This document shows positions 21,350 to 31,953 of a stretch of DNA of 64,000 nt, one piece after another. Position 1 is the stretch's first letter. Each line of letters starts with the position of its first letter. This DNA is from an uncultured Pelagibacteraceae bacterium. Lineage in GTDB: Bacteria > Pseudomonadota > Alphaproteobacteria > Pelagibacterales > Pelagibacteraceae. The translations under genes and the position numbers were made by a program. Below the pieces are notes generated by a model. That model saw only the letters and a program-made list of their open reading frames with translations, was not told the DNA's origin and did not search any database. The stretch is taken from assembly GCA_902615045.1 (NCBI GenBank), contig CACMNP010000001.1:117705-181704 (forward strand), in the 5' to 3' direction.

Positions 21350-21630
21350 TTATAATAAGAAAAATATATTTAGATTTATTATTAGTATGAATTGTTAATA
21401 ACGTAAATTACTCAATTTGAACACTTTATTCACTTTTTATACATTTTAGGGTTAAAAAATTCTCTTAAATATTGACGTATTTAAAGATTATTTTATGTTA
21501 AAAAATGTGAACAGAATTATTAACATTTATAAGTATGTTATTTTAATGCGTACAAATAATTTAAAATCATACTTTTTTGCTTAAATTAAAATATTTCTTA
21601 TTTTATAAATAGTTTATAGACAATTTATAC
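21350..21630. other. Probable chromosomal replication origin (oriC)
   Basis: Largest intergenic gap in the window, between divergent hemE and ppsR/DUF299 (the conserved alphaproteobacterial oriC position). AT-rich, with degenerate DnaA-box-like 9-mers (TGTTAATAA 21393, TTATTCACT 21426, TGTGAACAG 21506, TTATTAACA 21517), near parABS/mnmG. Confidence 0.75.
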
Positions 21631-22452
21631 ATGAAAAATACACATCAGGTTTATTTAATATCTGACTCAACAGGAGAAACTCTAGACAGAATTTTCATGG
21701 CTTTGAAGGCACAATTCAATAATTTTAATTATGATTTAAATCAATTTTCATTCACTAGAACAGAAAATCAAATTTCTACTATTTTAAATAATGCAAAAAT
21801 TCAAGAAAGCCCGATTATTTTATATACTGTAGTAAATAGTAAGTTAGCTAAATTTCTTGCAGAAGAGGCAACAAAAAAAAAAATTCCTTGCTTTGGTGTA
21901 TTGGGGGATCTAATCCTAAATTTTTCGAAGATCTTAAATCAAAAAGCTACTCATCAGCCAAGCGCGCAGCATGTGTTAGATGAAGATTATTACAAAAGAA
22001 TTGAAGCCATACAATTTACAATGAATCATGATGATGGAAATAATACTGAGAACATTCTAGAATCTGATATAGTTTTAATAGGTGTAAGTCGTACTAGTAA
22101 AACCCCAACATCTATCTATTTAGCTAATAAAGGATTAAAAACTTCGAATATACCATTAGTCAATGAAATGAATATTCCAAAAGATGTAGTAGAGGCCGAA
22201 TCTTTATGTGTTATTGGACTTTCAACTGAAGCAGAGAGATTATTTGATATAAGAAGAAATAGATTAAGTTCTCTTAGAGAAAACGAAGCTTCAGATTATA
22301 CTAATTTAGATAAAATAAGGTTCGAGGTAGACAAATCAAAAAAAATTTTTAAAAAAAACAAATGGCCAGTTATTGATGTAACTAGAAAATCAGTTGAAGA
22401 AACAGCTGCATCTATAATTAAAATTTATGAAATAAAAAGTAAGAATGCATAA
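21631..22452 (+). CDS. ppsR: PEP synthase/PPDK regulatory kinase-pyrophosphorylase (DUF299)
   Basis: ISDSTGET, RIEAIQFT..HDDG, GVSRTSKTPTSIYLA, IDVTRKSVEETAA. Confidence 0.93.
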   Translation: MKNTHQVYLISDSTGETLDRIFMALKAQFNNFNYDLNQFSFTRTENQISTILNNAKIQESPIILYTVVNSKLAKFLAEEATKKKIPCFGVLGDLILNFSKILNQKATHQPSAQHVLDEDYYKRIEAIQFTMNHDDGNNTENILESDIVLIGVSRTSKTPTSIYLANKGLKTSNIPLVNEMNIPKDVVEAESLCVIGLSTEAERLFDIRRNRLSSLRENEASDYTNLDKIRFEVDKSKKIFKKNKWPVIDVTRKSVEETAASIIKIYEIKSKNA

Positions 22453-23029
22453 AATAATTTTGGCTTCAAAAAGCAAAGTAAGGGAACAAATTTTAAGAAA
22501 AAATAATATTGATTGTATCGTTAAACCCTCAAATGTTGACGAAGATATAGTCAAAGAAAGCTTAACTAAAGAGGGTCTATCACCAAAATTAATATCAAAA
22601 AATTTAGCAGAATTAAAAGCAAATAAAATCAGCCAAAAAAACAACGATATTTTAGTTTTGGGTGCAGACAGCATTATAAATTTAAAAGGTAAAATAATAT
22701 CTAAACCTGAAAATAGAGCGCAGGCCTTTGAAATTCTTAAAAGTTTGAATGGTATGAAACATTCTTTAATTAGTTCAGCTTGTATTTCAAAAAATGGTTC
22801 AATGGTATGGAACTACACGGATGAAGCTTATTTAACTATGAAAAACTTTTCTGATGAAGAGTTGAAAACTTATCTAGATAAAATTTCCGATAATGATCTA
22901 TATGCATATAATGTTTATCAAATTGAAGGAGAAGGTAAAAATCTTTTTTCTCAAATAGAAGGAGATGAAAATACAATTATGGGTCTCCCTATTAAACAAA
23001 TAAAAGAATATATTGAATATTACAAATGA
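22445..23029 (+). CDS. maf: Maf family nucleotide pyrophosphatase
   Basis: IILASKS..R, VDED, LAELKA, LGADS, YQIEG, TIMGLP. Confidence 0.9.
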   Translation: MHKIILASKSKVREQILRKNNIDCIVKPSNVDEDIVKESLTKEGLSPKLISKNLAELKANKISQKNNDILVLGADSIINLKGKIISKPENRAQAFEILKSLNGMKHSLISSACISKNGSMVWNYTDEAYLTMKNFSDEELKTYLDKISDNDLYAYNVYQIEGEGKNLFSQIEGDENTIMGLPIKQIKEYIEYYK

Positions 23030-23820
23030 AAAAATTTTTAGTAATTGGAAATCCTATTGGACATTCTTTGTCACCAAAACTTCAAAATTATTGGATAAAA
23101 AAAAATAATCTTGATGCAATCTACGGCAAGTTGGAAGTTCATGAAAGTGATTTGGCTGAATTATGTAAAAATTTGAAAGATGGTAAATTGGATGGATTAA
23201 ATATTACTGTTCCTTTTAAAAATTCAATAATACAACATGTCGATGTACTTAGCGGCCATGCTTTAAGAACTAAATCAGTTAACACCATTTCTGTAGATAA
23301 AGGGGTTTTAATAGGTCATAATACTGATATTGATGGTTTTGAGATAAGTGTAAAAAAATTGAATTACGATCTTACAAACAAATCAATTCTAATACTTGGT
23401 GCGGGTGGGGTAGTTCCATCAATAATTTATGGACTAAAAAGAATGAATGCATCAAAAATAAATTTAACCAATAGGACAAAAGAAAAGGCTATTAAACTAA
23501 AAAATTTATTTAACGATTTAACAATTATAGACTGGGGTGATTTACCAGAATTTGACATGATAATTAATGCAACTAGCATTGGATTAAAAGATAGTGATAA
23601 ATTTAATATAGACTTTATCAAAGCTGGAACCAATAAGTTATTTTATGATGTAATTTATGAACCATATCCAACAGAATTTTCTCTAGCAGGTAATATATCA
23701 GGAAATATCTTTGAAAATGGATTTAATATGTTTTTAATTCAAGCGCAAAAAGCCTTCAGTATATGGCATAACGTTGAACCAAAAATCGATAACGAGGTTT
23801 TAAAATTTTTAAATAATTAA
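23026..23820 (+). CDS. aroE: Shikimate dehydrogenase
   Basis: GNPIGHSLSP, NITVPFK, NTDIDGF, GAGG, INATSIG. Confidence 0.95.
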   Translation: MKKFLVIGNPIGHSLSPKLQNYWIKKNNLDAIYGKLEVHESDLAELCKNLKDGKLDGLNITVPFKNSIIQHVDVLSGHALRTKSVNTISVDKGVLIGHNTDIDGFEISVKKLNYDLTNKSILILGAGGVVPSIIYGLKRMNASKINLTNRTKEKAIKLKNLFNDLTIIDWGDLPEFDMIINATSIGLKDSDKFNIDFIKAGTNKLFYDVIYEPYPTEFSLAGNISGNIFENGFNMFLIQAQKAFSIWHNVEPKIDNEVLKFLNN

Positions 23821-23825
23821 AATTT

Positions 23826-24566
23826 ATGAGATTAAAAAATAAAGTTGCAGTAATAACAGGGTCAGCTTCTGGTTTTGGAAAAGGTATTGCAAAGAAATTT
23901 ACTGAAGAAGGAGCAAAAATAATAATGGTTGATATAAATTCTAAATTATTAAGAAAGACTTCGAAAAATTTATCGCAAGATTATTTTGTTGCTGATGTAT
24001 CCAAATCATCTGACTTCAAATCATTATTAAAATATGTTTATAAAAACTATAAAACTACTGATATAGTGGTTAATAACGCTGGAGTTACACATAAACCAAA
24101 ATTTATGGAAACTGTAACAGAGAAAGAATTCGATAAAGTATTCAATGTTAATGCAAAATCAGTTTATTTTTGTGGAAAATTTTTTGTTCCTAAAATGAAA
24201 AAAATTAAAAGAGGAGTTATTCTAAATGTAGCATCAACTGCTGGATTGTCTCCCCGTCCAAAGTTAAATTGGTATAACGCAAGCAAAGGATGGATGATAA
24301 CCGCTACAAAAGCTATGGCAATTGAGTTAGCACAATACAAGGTGAGAGTAAACGCGATTGCACCGGTAGCAGGATTAACACCTTTATTAAAATCTTTTAT
24401 GGGTGGAAATACTCCAAAAAAAAAACAGGCATTTTTATCAACTATACCTATTGGAAGATTTTCAACTCCTCAAGATATGGGAAATGCTGCTTGTTTTTTG
24501 TGTTCAGATGAATCAAGCATGATAACAGGAACAGTATTAGAGGTAGATGGTGGGAGATGTATTTAA
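23826..24566 (+). CDS. Classical SDR oxidoreductase (BKR-like/TsaC-like subgroup)
   Basis: TGSASGFG, VNNAG, YNASK, VDGGRCI. Confidence 0.9.
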   Translation: MRLKNKVAVITGSASGFGKGIAKKFTEEGAKIIMVDINSKLLRKTSKNLSQDYFVADVSKSSDFKSLLKYVYKNYKTTDIVVNNAGVTHKPKFMETVTEKEFDKVFNVNAKSVYFCGKFFVPKMKKIKRGVILNVASTAGLSPRPKLNWYNASKGWMITATKAMAIELAQYKVRVNAIAPVAGLTPLLKSFMGGNTPKKKQAFLSTIPIGRFSTPQDMGNAACFLCSDESSMITGTVLEVDGGRCI

Positions 24567-24572
24567 TTTGTT

Positions 24573-25166
24573 ATGATTAGAATTGGTATTATGGGGAGTA
24601 TTGGGTCAGGAAAAACCTTTGTAGCAAAACTTTTTAAATATCCAGTATTTATCGCAGATAATGAAGTAAGAAATATATATAAAAATAGCAAAGTGTGTTT
24701 TAAAAGATTAAAAAAAAAGCTACCTGATTACATAACAACTTTTCCAGTGAAAAAATCTGAATTAATCAACGCAATTAATAATGATAAAAAAAATTTAAAT
24801 ATAATATCTTCAATCGTTCACCCTTTAGTTAGAAAAAAAATGCAAAATTTTATTAAAAAAAATAAAAATGGAAAAATAGTTGTACTTGATGTTCCATTAT
24901 TAATTGAAAATAAACTTAACAAGAAGAATGATGTACTCATTTTTGTTAAGTCGAGCAAAAGTAAAATATTAGCTAGACTTAGAAGAAGAAAAGCTTTTAA
25001 TAAGCAAATATTTAAAAGTCTAAAAGAAAATCAAATTGTACTATCTAAAAAAAAAAAATTAGCAAATTATATTGTAGATAACAATTTTCCATTAAATATA
25101 ATGAAAAAAAAAATTAATTTACTAAAGCAAAAAATCATTTATGAAAGAAGTCATTCTAGATACTGA
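24573..25166 (+). CDS. coaE: Dephospho-CoA kinase
   Basis: GSIGSGKT, IVHPLV, DVPLLIE; directly precedes dnaQ. Confidence 0.9.
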   Translation: MIRIGIMGSIGSGKTFVAKLFKYPVFIADNEVRNIYKNSKVCFKRLKKKLPDYITTFPVKKSELINAINNDKKNLNIISSIVHPLVRKKMQNFIKKNKNGKIVVLDVPLLIENKLNKKNDVLIFVKSSKSKILARLRRRKAFNKQIFKSLKENQIVLSKKKKLANYIVDNNFPLNIMKKKINLLKQKIIYERSHSRY

Positions 25167-25803
25167 AACAACTGGCTTATCTGTTAAAGAAGGCCATAGA
25201 ATTGTCGAGATAGGTTGTATAGAATTAAAGAACTTAATACCAACCAAGAAAGTATTTCACTGCTATTTAAATCCGGAAAGAAAAGTTTCCGAAAGCGCTT
25301 TGAAAGTTCATGGATACACAGATGTTTTTTTATCAGATAAAAAAAAATTTATTGATATTGCAGATAATTTTTTAGAATTTATAGAAGGAAAAAAAATTAT
25401 AATACACAACGCAGAATTTGATATAGGTCATTTAAATAATGAACTTTTATTAATAAATAAAAAGCCTATTTCTAAAGAAAACGTTGTAGACACGCTTGAA
25501 ATAGCAAGAAATAAATTTCCAGGTTCAGGAATAAGTTTAGATGCACTTTGCAAGAGATTTAGAATTGATAATTCAAGAAGAGATAAGCACACGGCACTAA
25601 TAGACTGTGAGTTACTATCAAAAGTCTATATAAATTTAATTGAACAAAAAGAACCAGTGTTTCAATTTAAGAATGAATTAAAAAATTACTCGAAAAGTGA
25701 TATAATTAAAGATTATTCAAAAATTATAATTAAGCCAACACAAGAAGAATTTGTTAAGCATAAAAAATTTATTGATAAAGAGTTTAAGAAAAACTTTTAT
25801 TAA
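25141..25803 (+). CDS. dnaQ: DNA polymerase III epsilon subunit
   Basis: LDTETTG, HNAEFD, SLDALC.RF, H.AL.D. Confidence 0.96.
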   Translation: MKEVILDTETTGLSVKEGHRIVEIGCIELKNLIPTKKVFHCYLNPERKVSESALKVHGYTDVFLSDKKKFIDIADNFLEFIEGKKIIIHNAEFDIGHLNNELLLINKKPISKENVVDTLEIARNKFPGSGISLDALCKRFRIDNSRRDKHTALIDCELLSKVYINLIEQKEPVFQFKNELKNYSKSDIIKDYSKIIIKPTQEEFVKHKKFIDKEFKKNFY

Positions 25804-26225
25804 TTAAATTTTTGATTATATAATTTTTCAAAGTCTACTTTTTTTTCCAATATCAAATTTGGAAAACCAGACTCTTTTATAATTCTTAAAAATATTTTTT
25901 CTAGCTCAGGATAAATATCTTGTTGTACTTGAATAAGTATTATTTTTTCCAGTTCCTCTTTTTTTAGATTTTTATCAACTATTTTAACAACAGTAGCATA
26001 TGAAATTTCAAAATAGGATTTTAGTTTATTGTTAGCCGGATCCTTATAATGTAATTTTGTAATCACTTCTATCATGTCACTTTTCATTGGTTTAGTAGTA
26101 ACATTAATACCCAGTGAATATTTTGTAATGTATTCTTTACTGAACAAAAAAGTTTTTGCATCAGGAATCTCAATAGAAAGATCTTTTATATATTTTAATG
26201 CTATTTCATATTTTTTTGTCATCAT
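25800..26225 (-). CDS. secB: Protein-export chaperone SecB
   Basis: YIKDLSIE.P, GFP.L.L..VDF..LY; fxsA-secB-dnaQ synteny. Confidence 0.85.
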   Translation of the reverse strand: MMTKKYEIALKYIKDLSIEIPDAKTFLFSKEYITKYSLGINVTTKPMKSDMIEVITKLHYKDPANNKLKSYFEISYATVVKIVDKNLKKEELEKIILIQVQQDIYPELEKIFLRIIKESGFPNLILEKKVDFEKLYNQKFN

Positions 26226-26637
26226 CTTCGCTCAAATCTTCAAATTCTCCATCAATATAATTTTTGCTTTCTGTTTTACTATACTTAGCTTTATTTTTTT
26301 TTATAAACCTTCTTAAAATAATTCTTCGTGAATAAGGAATTACCAATAAAATTCCAATCAAATCAGTAGCGAACCCAGGAATTATTAACAGAAACGCTGC
26401 AAAAGCAAGTGTAGCACCAGAAATAATTTCATAAACAGGTATTTCGTTTTTTATGAGCTGTCCCATACCAGCTTTAAGAGTATTAAAACCTTCATATCTA
26501 ACGTAAAAAACCCCGATTACTGCAGTGGTTAAAATTAGCAATACTGTGTTAAATGCTCCTATTTGAGATCCAATTTTAATAAATAAATAGATTTCAATAA
26601 GGGGAATCCCGATAATTAAAATTAATACTGTGTTCAT
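26206..26637 (-). CDS. fxsA: FxsA family membrane protein
   Basis: PLIEIYLFIKIG, LLIIPGFATDLIG, IDGEF. Confidence 0.92.
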   Translation of the reverse strand: MNTVLILIIGIPLIEIYLFIKIGSQIGAFNTVLLILTTAVIGVFYVRYEGFNTLKAGMGQLIKNEIPVYEIISGATLAFAAFLLIIPGFATDLIGILLVIPYSRRIILRRFIKKNKAKYSKTESKNYIDGEFEDLSEDDDKKI

Positions 26638-26694
26638 TTGTCTATTATTTAATTAGCAGGTTGAAATTATCAACATAGTAAATATTATATCAGT

Positions 26695-27282
26695 ATGAAT
26701 TATAGCTTTGAATACATTGATATAATACTTCTTGCAATGATAGCTGGTTTTATTTTCCTTAGATTAAGAGGAATATTGGGCAAAAAAACAGGTTTTGAGG
26801 AAGATATAGACTCTAGTTTTGCTCATGAAGCACCACCAGCTAAACCAAGAGCAGATTTAAATGCAAACACTTTTGACGAAAATGCCAAGAAAGAATTTGT
26901 AAAGGGTGCAAAAATTGCTTACGAAACAATAATTACCAATTTTGCAAACGGAAAATTAAAAGATGTTAAATCACTTTTAGACAAAAATGTTTACCAACAG
27001 TTTGAAGAAGCAATTAAAGATAGGGACGCAAAAAATTATTCATCGGAAACAACATTTATTGGTATCAACTCAGCAGAAGTTAAAAATCATCAGCAAAACA
27101 AAAATATGTTAGAAGTTACTATTGAATTTGTAAGTGAAATTATTTCGTGTGTGAAAGACAAGGATAATAAAATAGTTTCAGGAGATCCTGAAAAAACAAA
27201 AAAAGTTCTAGATACTTGGAAATTTTCTAAAGATAGTCGATCTTCAAATCCAAACTGGCTTTTAATTGACACCCAAGCTTGA
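26695..27282 (+). CDS. Tim44/TimA family protein
   Basis: AGFIFLRLR.ILGKKTG, F..GA..AYE.I...F..G, DTWKF...NPNWLL. Confidence 0.9.
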   Translation: MNYSFEYIDIILLAMIAGFIFLRLRGILGKKTGFEEDIDSSFAHEAPPAKPRADLNANTFDENAKKEFVKGAKIAYETIITNFANGKLKDVKSLLDKNVYQQFEEAIKDRDAKNYSSETTFIGINSAEVKNHQQNKNMLEVTIEFVSEIISCVKDKDNKIVSGDPEKTKKVLDTWKFSKDSRSSNPNWLLIDTQA

Positions 27283-27692
27283 CAAATAAGTTATCAGATA
27301 AAGATAAGAAAGATTGGCAAAATTTTATAGATAGTTCTAAAAAACTTGAAAGCAAAGAAATAGATCAAAAAATTGATAGTAGAATTTCTAAAAGGACAAT
27401 TGATCTGCATGGTTATACTTTAGAAGAAGCTAACAAAGAAATTTCAAAATTTATTGAGAATTGTTATTTAAATAAAGTAAAAAAAATAAATGTAATTACA
27501 GGAAAAGGTATGAGATCTAAGAATTTTGATGATCCTTATCGATCTACCGATCTAAGTATTCTAAAGTATTCAGTTCCAGAATATATAAAAAATAACTCAG
27601 AATTAATGAATAAAGTTATCAGAATTGATTTTGATTCAGTTAACAGTTCATCAACAGGAAGCTTTGATATTTTTTTGAAAACTATAAAATAA
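27279..27692 (+). CDS. Smr/MutS2 C-terminal domain protein
   Basis: [17 protein letters not shown]. Confidence 0.88.
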   Translation: MTNKLSDKDKKDWQNFIDSSKKLESKEIDQKIDSRISKRTIDLHGYTLEEANKEISKFIENCYLNKVKKINVITGKGMRSKNFDDPYRSTDLSILKYSVPEYIKNNSELMNKVIRIDFDSVNSSSTGSFDIFLKTIK

Positions 27693-29049
27693 ACTTTGAT
27701 AAATCTGTATCTTTTACTAGTTCACCAATGTTTTCTTTGATGTATTTGCCATCAACAGTTATTTTCTCTCCAGCTCTGTCTGTTGCTGTAAAGCTAATTT
27801 CATCTAAGACTCTCTCAATAATTGTGTGTAATCTTCTTGCCCCAATATTTTCAACAGATGAGTTCACTTCACTTGCTATATGAGCAATTGTATTAATTCC
27901 ATCTTCTGTAAATTCTAAATCTACATTTTCAGTTTTTAATAGAGCCTTATACTGTTTAATTAGACTATTATCTGGTTCTTTTAAAATTTTAATAAAATCC
28001 TCACTGTTTAGAGCATCAAGTTCAACTCTTATTGGAAGCCTACCTTGTAATTCAGGTAAAAGATCGGATGGTTTTGCTAATTGAAACGCACCTGAGGCAA
28101 TAAATAAAATATGATCAGTTTTAACTGGACCATACTTAGTGCTTACTGTTGTGCCTTCAATTAAAGGTAATAAATCTCTTTGAACGCCTTCTCTCGATAC
28201 ATCTCCACCAACTCTGTCAGTTCTTGCTGAAATTTTGTCAATCTCATCTAAAAAAACTATTCCATTATTTTCAGTTGAGTCTTTTGCTGATTTTATAATT
28301 TTATCTTGTTCTATGAGTTTGTCAGATTCTTCATTTATTAAAATTTCATGAGACTCTTTAACTGACATCTTTTTTTTCTTAGGTTTTTGACCCATTGATT
28401 TTCCAAGCATGTCAGAAATATTTATCATTCCAACATTTGCACCAGGCATTCCTGGTATTTCAAATGATGGCATCTGATTAGACTCGCTAACAGCTATTTC
28501 AATTTCATTATCATCTAAATCTCCATCTCTTAATCTTTTTCTAAAACTTTCTCTAGTTGCAACACTTGCTTTATTTCCAACTAAAGCATCTAAAACTCTA
28601 TCCTCTGCTAATTTTTGCGCTTGAGCATGAACTTCTTTTCTTTTCTTTACTTTTTCCATTGCAATTGCAATTTCTAACAAATCTCTTACAATTTGTTCTA
28701 CATCACGTCCAACATATCCTACTTCTGTAAATCTTGTAGCTTCAACTTTTACAAACGGTGCTTCTGCTAATTTTGAGAGTCTTCTTGAAATTTCAGTTTT
28801 ACCAACACCAGTTGGTCCAATCATCAAAATGTTTTTTGGAAGAACTTCATCTTTCATATCATCTTCTAATGCCTGTCTTCTCCATCTATTTCTAAGAGCT
28901 ATGGCAACGGCTCTTTTAGCTTTATTTTGTCCAACAACAAATCTGTCTAACTCTGAAACAATTTCTCTAGGTGATAATGAATTTGCTATTGTAGTTTTCT
29001 CTTTTGCAACTTTACCTTTTGGGAATGATGTTACATTTGATTTTTCCAT
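27682..29049 (-). CDS. hslU: ATP-dependent protease ATPase subunit
   Basis: [44 protein letters not shown]. Confidence 0.98.
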   Translation of the reverse strand: MEKSNVTSFPKGKVAKEKTTIANSLSPREIVSELDRFVVGQNKAKRAVAIALRNRWRRQALEDDMKDEVLPKNILMIGPTGVGKTEISRRLSKLAEAPFVKVEATRFTEVGYVGRDVEQIVRDLLEIAIAMEKVKKRKEVHAQAQKLAEDRVLDALVGNKASVATRESFRKRLRDGDLDDNEIEIAVSESNQMPSFEIPGMPGANVGMINISDMLGKSMGQKPKKKKMSVKESHEILINEESDKLIEQDKIIKSAKDSTENNGIVFLDEIDKISARTDRVGGDVSREGVQRDLLPLIEGTTVSTKYGPVKTDHILFIASGAFQLAKPSDLLPELQGRLPIRVELDALNSEDFIKILKEPDNSLIKQYKALLKTENVDLEFTEDGINTIAHIASEVNSSVENIGARRLHTIIERVLDEISFTATDRAGEKITVDGKYIKENIGELVKDTDLSKFIL

Positions 29050-29564
29050 TATATTTTCTCCATACTCAAATTGTCGTTAGTAAAAACACAAATATCAGAC
29101 GCAACTTTAATTGATTTTTTTGCAATTTCTTCTGCAGACATATCAGTATCCATTAATACCTTTGCAGCTGCTAAAGCATAATTTCCACCCGAACCAATCC
29201 CAATAACATCTCCTTCAGGTTCAAGAACATCACCTGTTCCCGAAATTATAAAACTCTTTTCTTTATCACCTATTGCCATCAAGGCCTCTAATCTTCTTAA
29301 ATATTTATCTGTACGCCAATCTTTTGCTAATTCTACAGCTGCTCTTGTCAGGTTTCCTGCGTGCTTTTCAAGCTTTGACTCTAATCTCTCAAATAATGTT
29401 AAAGCATCAGCTGTTGATCCAGCAAAACCTGCGATCACATTTCTTTTCTCAATTTTACGAACTTTGTTAGCAGTTTTTTTAATTACAGTATTACCCATGC
29501 TAACTTGACCGTCACTGGCCACAACTACGTCATTATCTTTTCTTACGAGCACAATTGTTGTCAT
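29049..29564 (-). CDS. hslV: ATP-dependent protease peptidase subunit
   Basis: N-terminal MTT (Thr nucleophile), [19 protein letters not shown]. Confidence 0.98.
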   Translation of the reverse strand: MTTIVLVRKDNDVVVASDGQVSMGNTVIKKTANKVRKIEKRNVIAGFAGSTADALTLFERLESKLEKHAGNLTRAAVELAKDWRTDKYLRRLEALMAIGDKEKSFIISGTGDVLEPEGDVIGIGSGGNYALAAAKVLMDTDMSAEEIAKKSIKVASDICVFTNDNLSMEKI

Positions 29565-29571
29565 AGACTAT

Positions 29572-29599
29572 AGATGGATATGAATTTAAATAGTTCAAG
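29572..29599 (-). promoter_or_regulatory. Putative RpoH (sigma32) promoter of hslVU
   Basis: CTTGAA-N15-TCCATCT on the minus strand, ending 7 nt before the hslV ATG. Confidence 0.6.
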
Positions 29600-29654
29600 C
29601 CCAGGTTTAGTATTATTGATATAATCAAAAATACCTATATACCTAATTTAAATT

Positions 29655-30245
29655 ATGAAAAGAAAAGCAAAAATAGCTAGAAAAACAAAAGAAACCAATA
29701 TCAGCGTGGACCTTAATATTGATGGCAAAGGTAAGTACAAAGTTGACACAGGAATAGGTTTTCTAGATCACATGCTCGAGCAGTTATCTAAACACTCATC
29801 TATGGATTTAACTGTTAAAGCAAAAGGTGACACACACATTGATCTTCACCATACAACTGAAGATACTGGAATTGCTATCGGGGAATGTTTAAAGAAAGCT
29901 TCAAAAAAATTTGTAGGCATTAAAAGATATGCTCACATTCTTTTACCAATGGACGAAACATTAACAAGAGTTGCAATAGATGTTTCAAACAGACCTTACT
30001 TGATTTGGAATGTAAAATTAAAAGTTGAAAAACTTGGTGAGATGGACACCGAATTATTTAAAGAGTGGTTCCAAGCATTTTCACAAGCTGCTGGAATTAC
30101 TTTGCACGTTGAAAATATTTATGGTGATAATAGTCACCACATTATAGAGTCTTGCTATAAAGGCCTGGCAAGAACTTTAAGAGCTGCATTAGAATTGGAT
30201 CCAAGGAACAAAAGTACAATTCCTTCTACAAAGGGCTCTTTATAA
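29655..30245 (+). CDS. hisB: Imidazoleglycerol-phosphate dehydratase
   Basis: [35 protein letters not shown]. Confidence 0.97.
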   Translation: MKRKAKIARKTKETNISVDLNIDGKGKYKVDTGIGFLDHMLEQLSKHSSMDLTVKAKGDTHIDLHHTTEDTGIAIGECLKKASKKFVGIKRYAHILLPMDETLTRVAIDVSNRPYLIWNVKLKVEKLGEMDTELFKEWFQAFSQAAGITLHVENIYGDNSHHIIESCYKGLARTLRAALELDPRNKSTIPSTKGSL

Positions 30246-30250
30246 GATTA

Positions 30251-30877
30251 ATGGACGTCACAATTGTTGACTATAAATCGGGTAATATTAGTTCTGTAAT
30301 TAATTCTTTTAAGGAAGTTGCTGAAGATAAAGTTAATATCGAAGTAACTTCAGATTTAAATAAAATTAAATCTAGCGATAAAGTAGTTCTGCCGGGTCAG
30401 GGATCTTTTAAGAGCTGTATTGATGGTTTAAATAGCATAAATGGTTTGATTGATACTTTAAGTGAATTTGCATTAAATAATAAAAAACCTCTTTTAGGAA
30501 TTTGTGTAGGTCTTCAAATGTTTGCAGATGTTGGATATGAGGAGGTTGAAACAAAAGGTTTAGGATGGATCTCTGGCAAAGTATCTAAAATTGATAATCA
30601 AAATGGAAAATATAAACTACCCCACATCGGATGGAATCAAATAAATATTGTTAAAGATAGTAAAATTTTTAAAGATATAGAAAATAACTCACATATGTAT
30701 TTCGTCCATAGTTATGAATTTATTCCAAAAGATAAGTCGGTTACATCTGCAACAACTGATTATTCATCGAATATAGTTTGTGCAGTTGAAAAAGAAAATA
30801 TATTTGGAACTCAGTTTCATCCCGAAAAAAGTGATAAAACTGGTCTAAAAATAATTGATAATTTTATAAATTTATAA
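30251..30877 (+). CDS. hisH: IGP synthase glutaminase subunit
   Basis: DY.SGN, LPGQG, GICVGLQ, PHIGWN, YFVHSY, QFHPEKS. Confidence 0.96.
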   Translation: MDVTIVDYKSGNISSVINSFKEVAEDKVNIEVTSDLNKIKSSDKVVLPGQGSFKSCIDGLNSINGLIDTLSEFALNNKKPLLGICVGLQMFADVGYEEVETKGLGWISGKVSKIDNQNGKYKLPHIGWNQINIVKDSKIFKDIENNSHMYFVHSYEFIPKDKSVTSATTDYSSNIVCAVEKENIFGTQFHPEKSDKTGLKIIDNFINL

Positions 30878-30881
30878 AACA

Positions 30882-31820
30882 ATGAAATTAATTAATCTTA
30901 TTATTTTTTTGACCATTTTAATCTTTGGTAGTGCAAATTCTAAAAATATTAGTATTGAAGATATTAATTTCGAAGTTCCTAAGAGTCATATTTCCATTGA
31001 GTATACGAATGATGAAGTTGAAGATTTTTTCCAGGAGTTTATGAATTCAGCAAATATTAAAATGTATCTTATGGGACCTAAAAAATATGTTGATTTAGAA
31101 AGAGCTATTTTAAATGGCGAAGATGTTATGAATAATCAATATGCAAAGTCAATCATGAAAAAAATGGAAAAAAAAAATTTTAAAGACGAGGTTCAAGCTT
31201 CTAAGTGGGTAATGTCGGAAGTAAAAAAAATAATGAAAAAAGAGAAAATTGATTTCATATCTTATGTAATATTTTCAGACCAAAATTTAAAAAAAACTTT
31301 TTCTGACAACGATTTTTCAGGAATTATTGATGAGTTAAATCAGATGAACTCTACTGAATTGGCCGAACAAACAAAAGAGATTAGAAAAATGATTACAAGT
31401 TTATCAGGTAATAATAAAAGTATTCCAATTAATGAAGATATGACGATAAATTTATCAAAATTTAAAATATCTAAAAATAAAAATAACCAATTATATTTAA
31501 GATCTGCTGGTGATTTTATTTATATATTCGGTCCTATGAAATTAGATATAGATTTAAATCTCTTTTTAACCGAGCATAATGATAAAGCAATTATGTTAAT
31601 TTCGGCGTGTTATGTAAATTGCTCAAAATTTAATGCTAAATTTGATAAAATGAAAAAAAATTCTTTCAGTAATACTAAAATCACTAAAGTAAAAATAAAT
31701 AATAGTAATGATATAAATTCTAATATTGTTGAACAGTTGGACCAGCTAAATAGTCTATATAAATCAGGTGTTTTAACAAAAGAAGAATTTGAAAAAGCTA
31801 AGAAAAAAATTCTAAACTAA
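30882..31820 (+). CDS. Secreted hypothetical protein with C-terminal SHOCT domain
   Basis: N-terminal signal peptide; C-terminal EQLDQLNSLYKSGVLTKEEFEKAKKKIL. Confidence 0.8.
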   Translation: MKLINLIIFLTILIFGSANSKNISIEDINFEVPKSHISIEYTNDEVEDFFQEFMNSANIKMYLMGPKKYVDLERAILNGEDVMNNQYAKSIMKKMEKKNFKDEVQASKWVMSEVKKIMKKEKIDFISYVIFSDQNLKKTFSDNDFSGIIDELNQMNSTELAEQTKEIRKMITSLSGNNKSIPINEDMTINLSKFKISKNKNNQLYLRSAGDFIYIFGPMKLDIDLNLFLTEHNDKAIMLISACYVNCSKFNAKFDKMKKNSFSNTKITKVKINNSNDINSNIVEQLDQLNSLYKSGVLTKEEFEKAKKKILN

Positions 31821-31821
31821 A

Positions 31822-31953
31822 ATGAAAAAAATTCTACTTATTACTTTTTGTGTTTTGACTTCTTGCCAAAGCCCTTATGAAATTAAAAGAAATAGTTCAG
31901 ATAATTTAAAAAATATGAACATAACAACTGAAGGAAAAATAAAATCAAAGTGA
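31822..31953 (+). CDS. Small putative lipoprotein (43 aa); not in the ORF track
   Basis: [43 protein letters not shown]; lipobox LTS-C; stop overlaps the hisA GTG (GTGA). Confidence 0.6.
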   Translation: MKKILLITFCVLTSCQSPYEIKRNSSDNLKNMNITTEGKIKSK

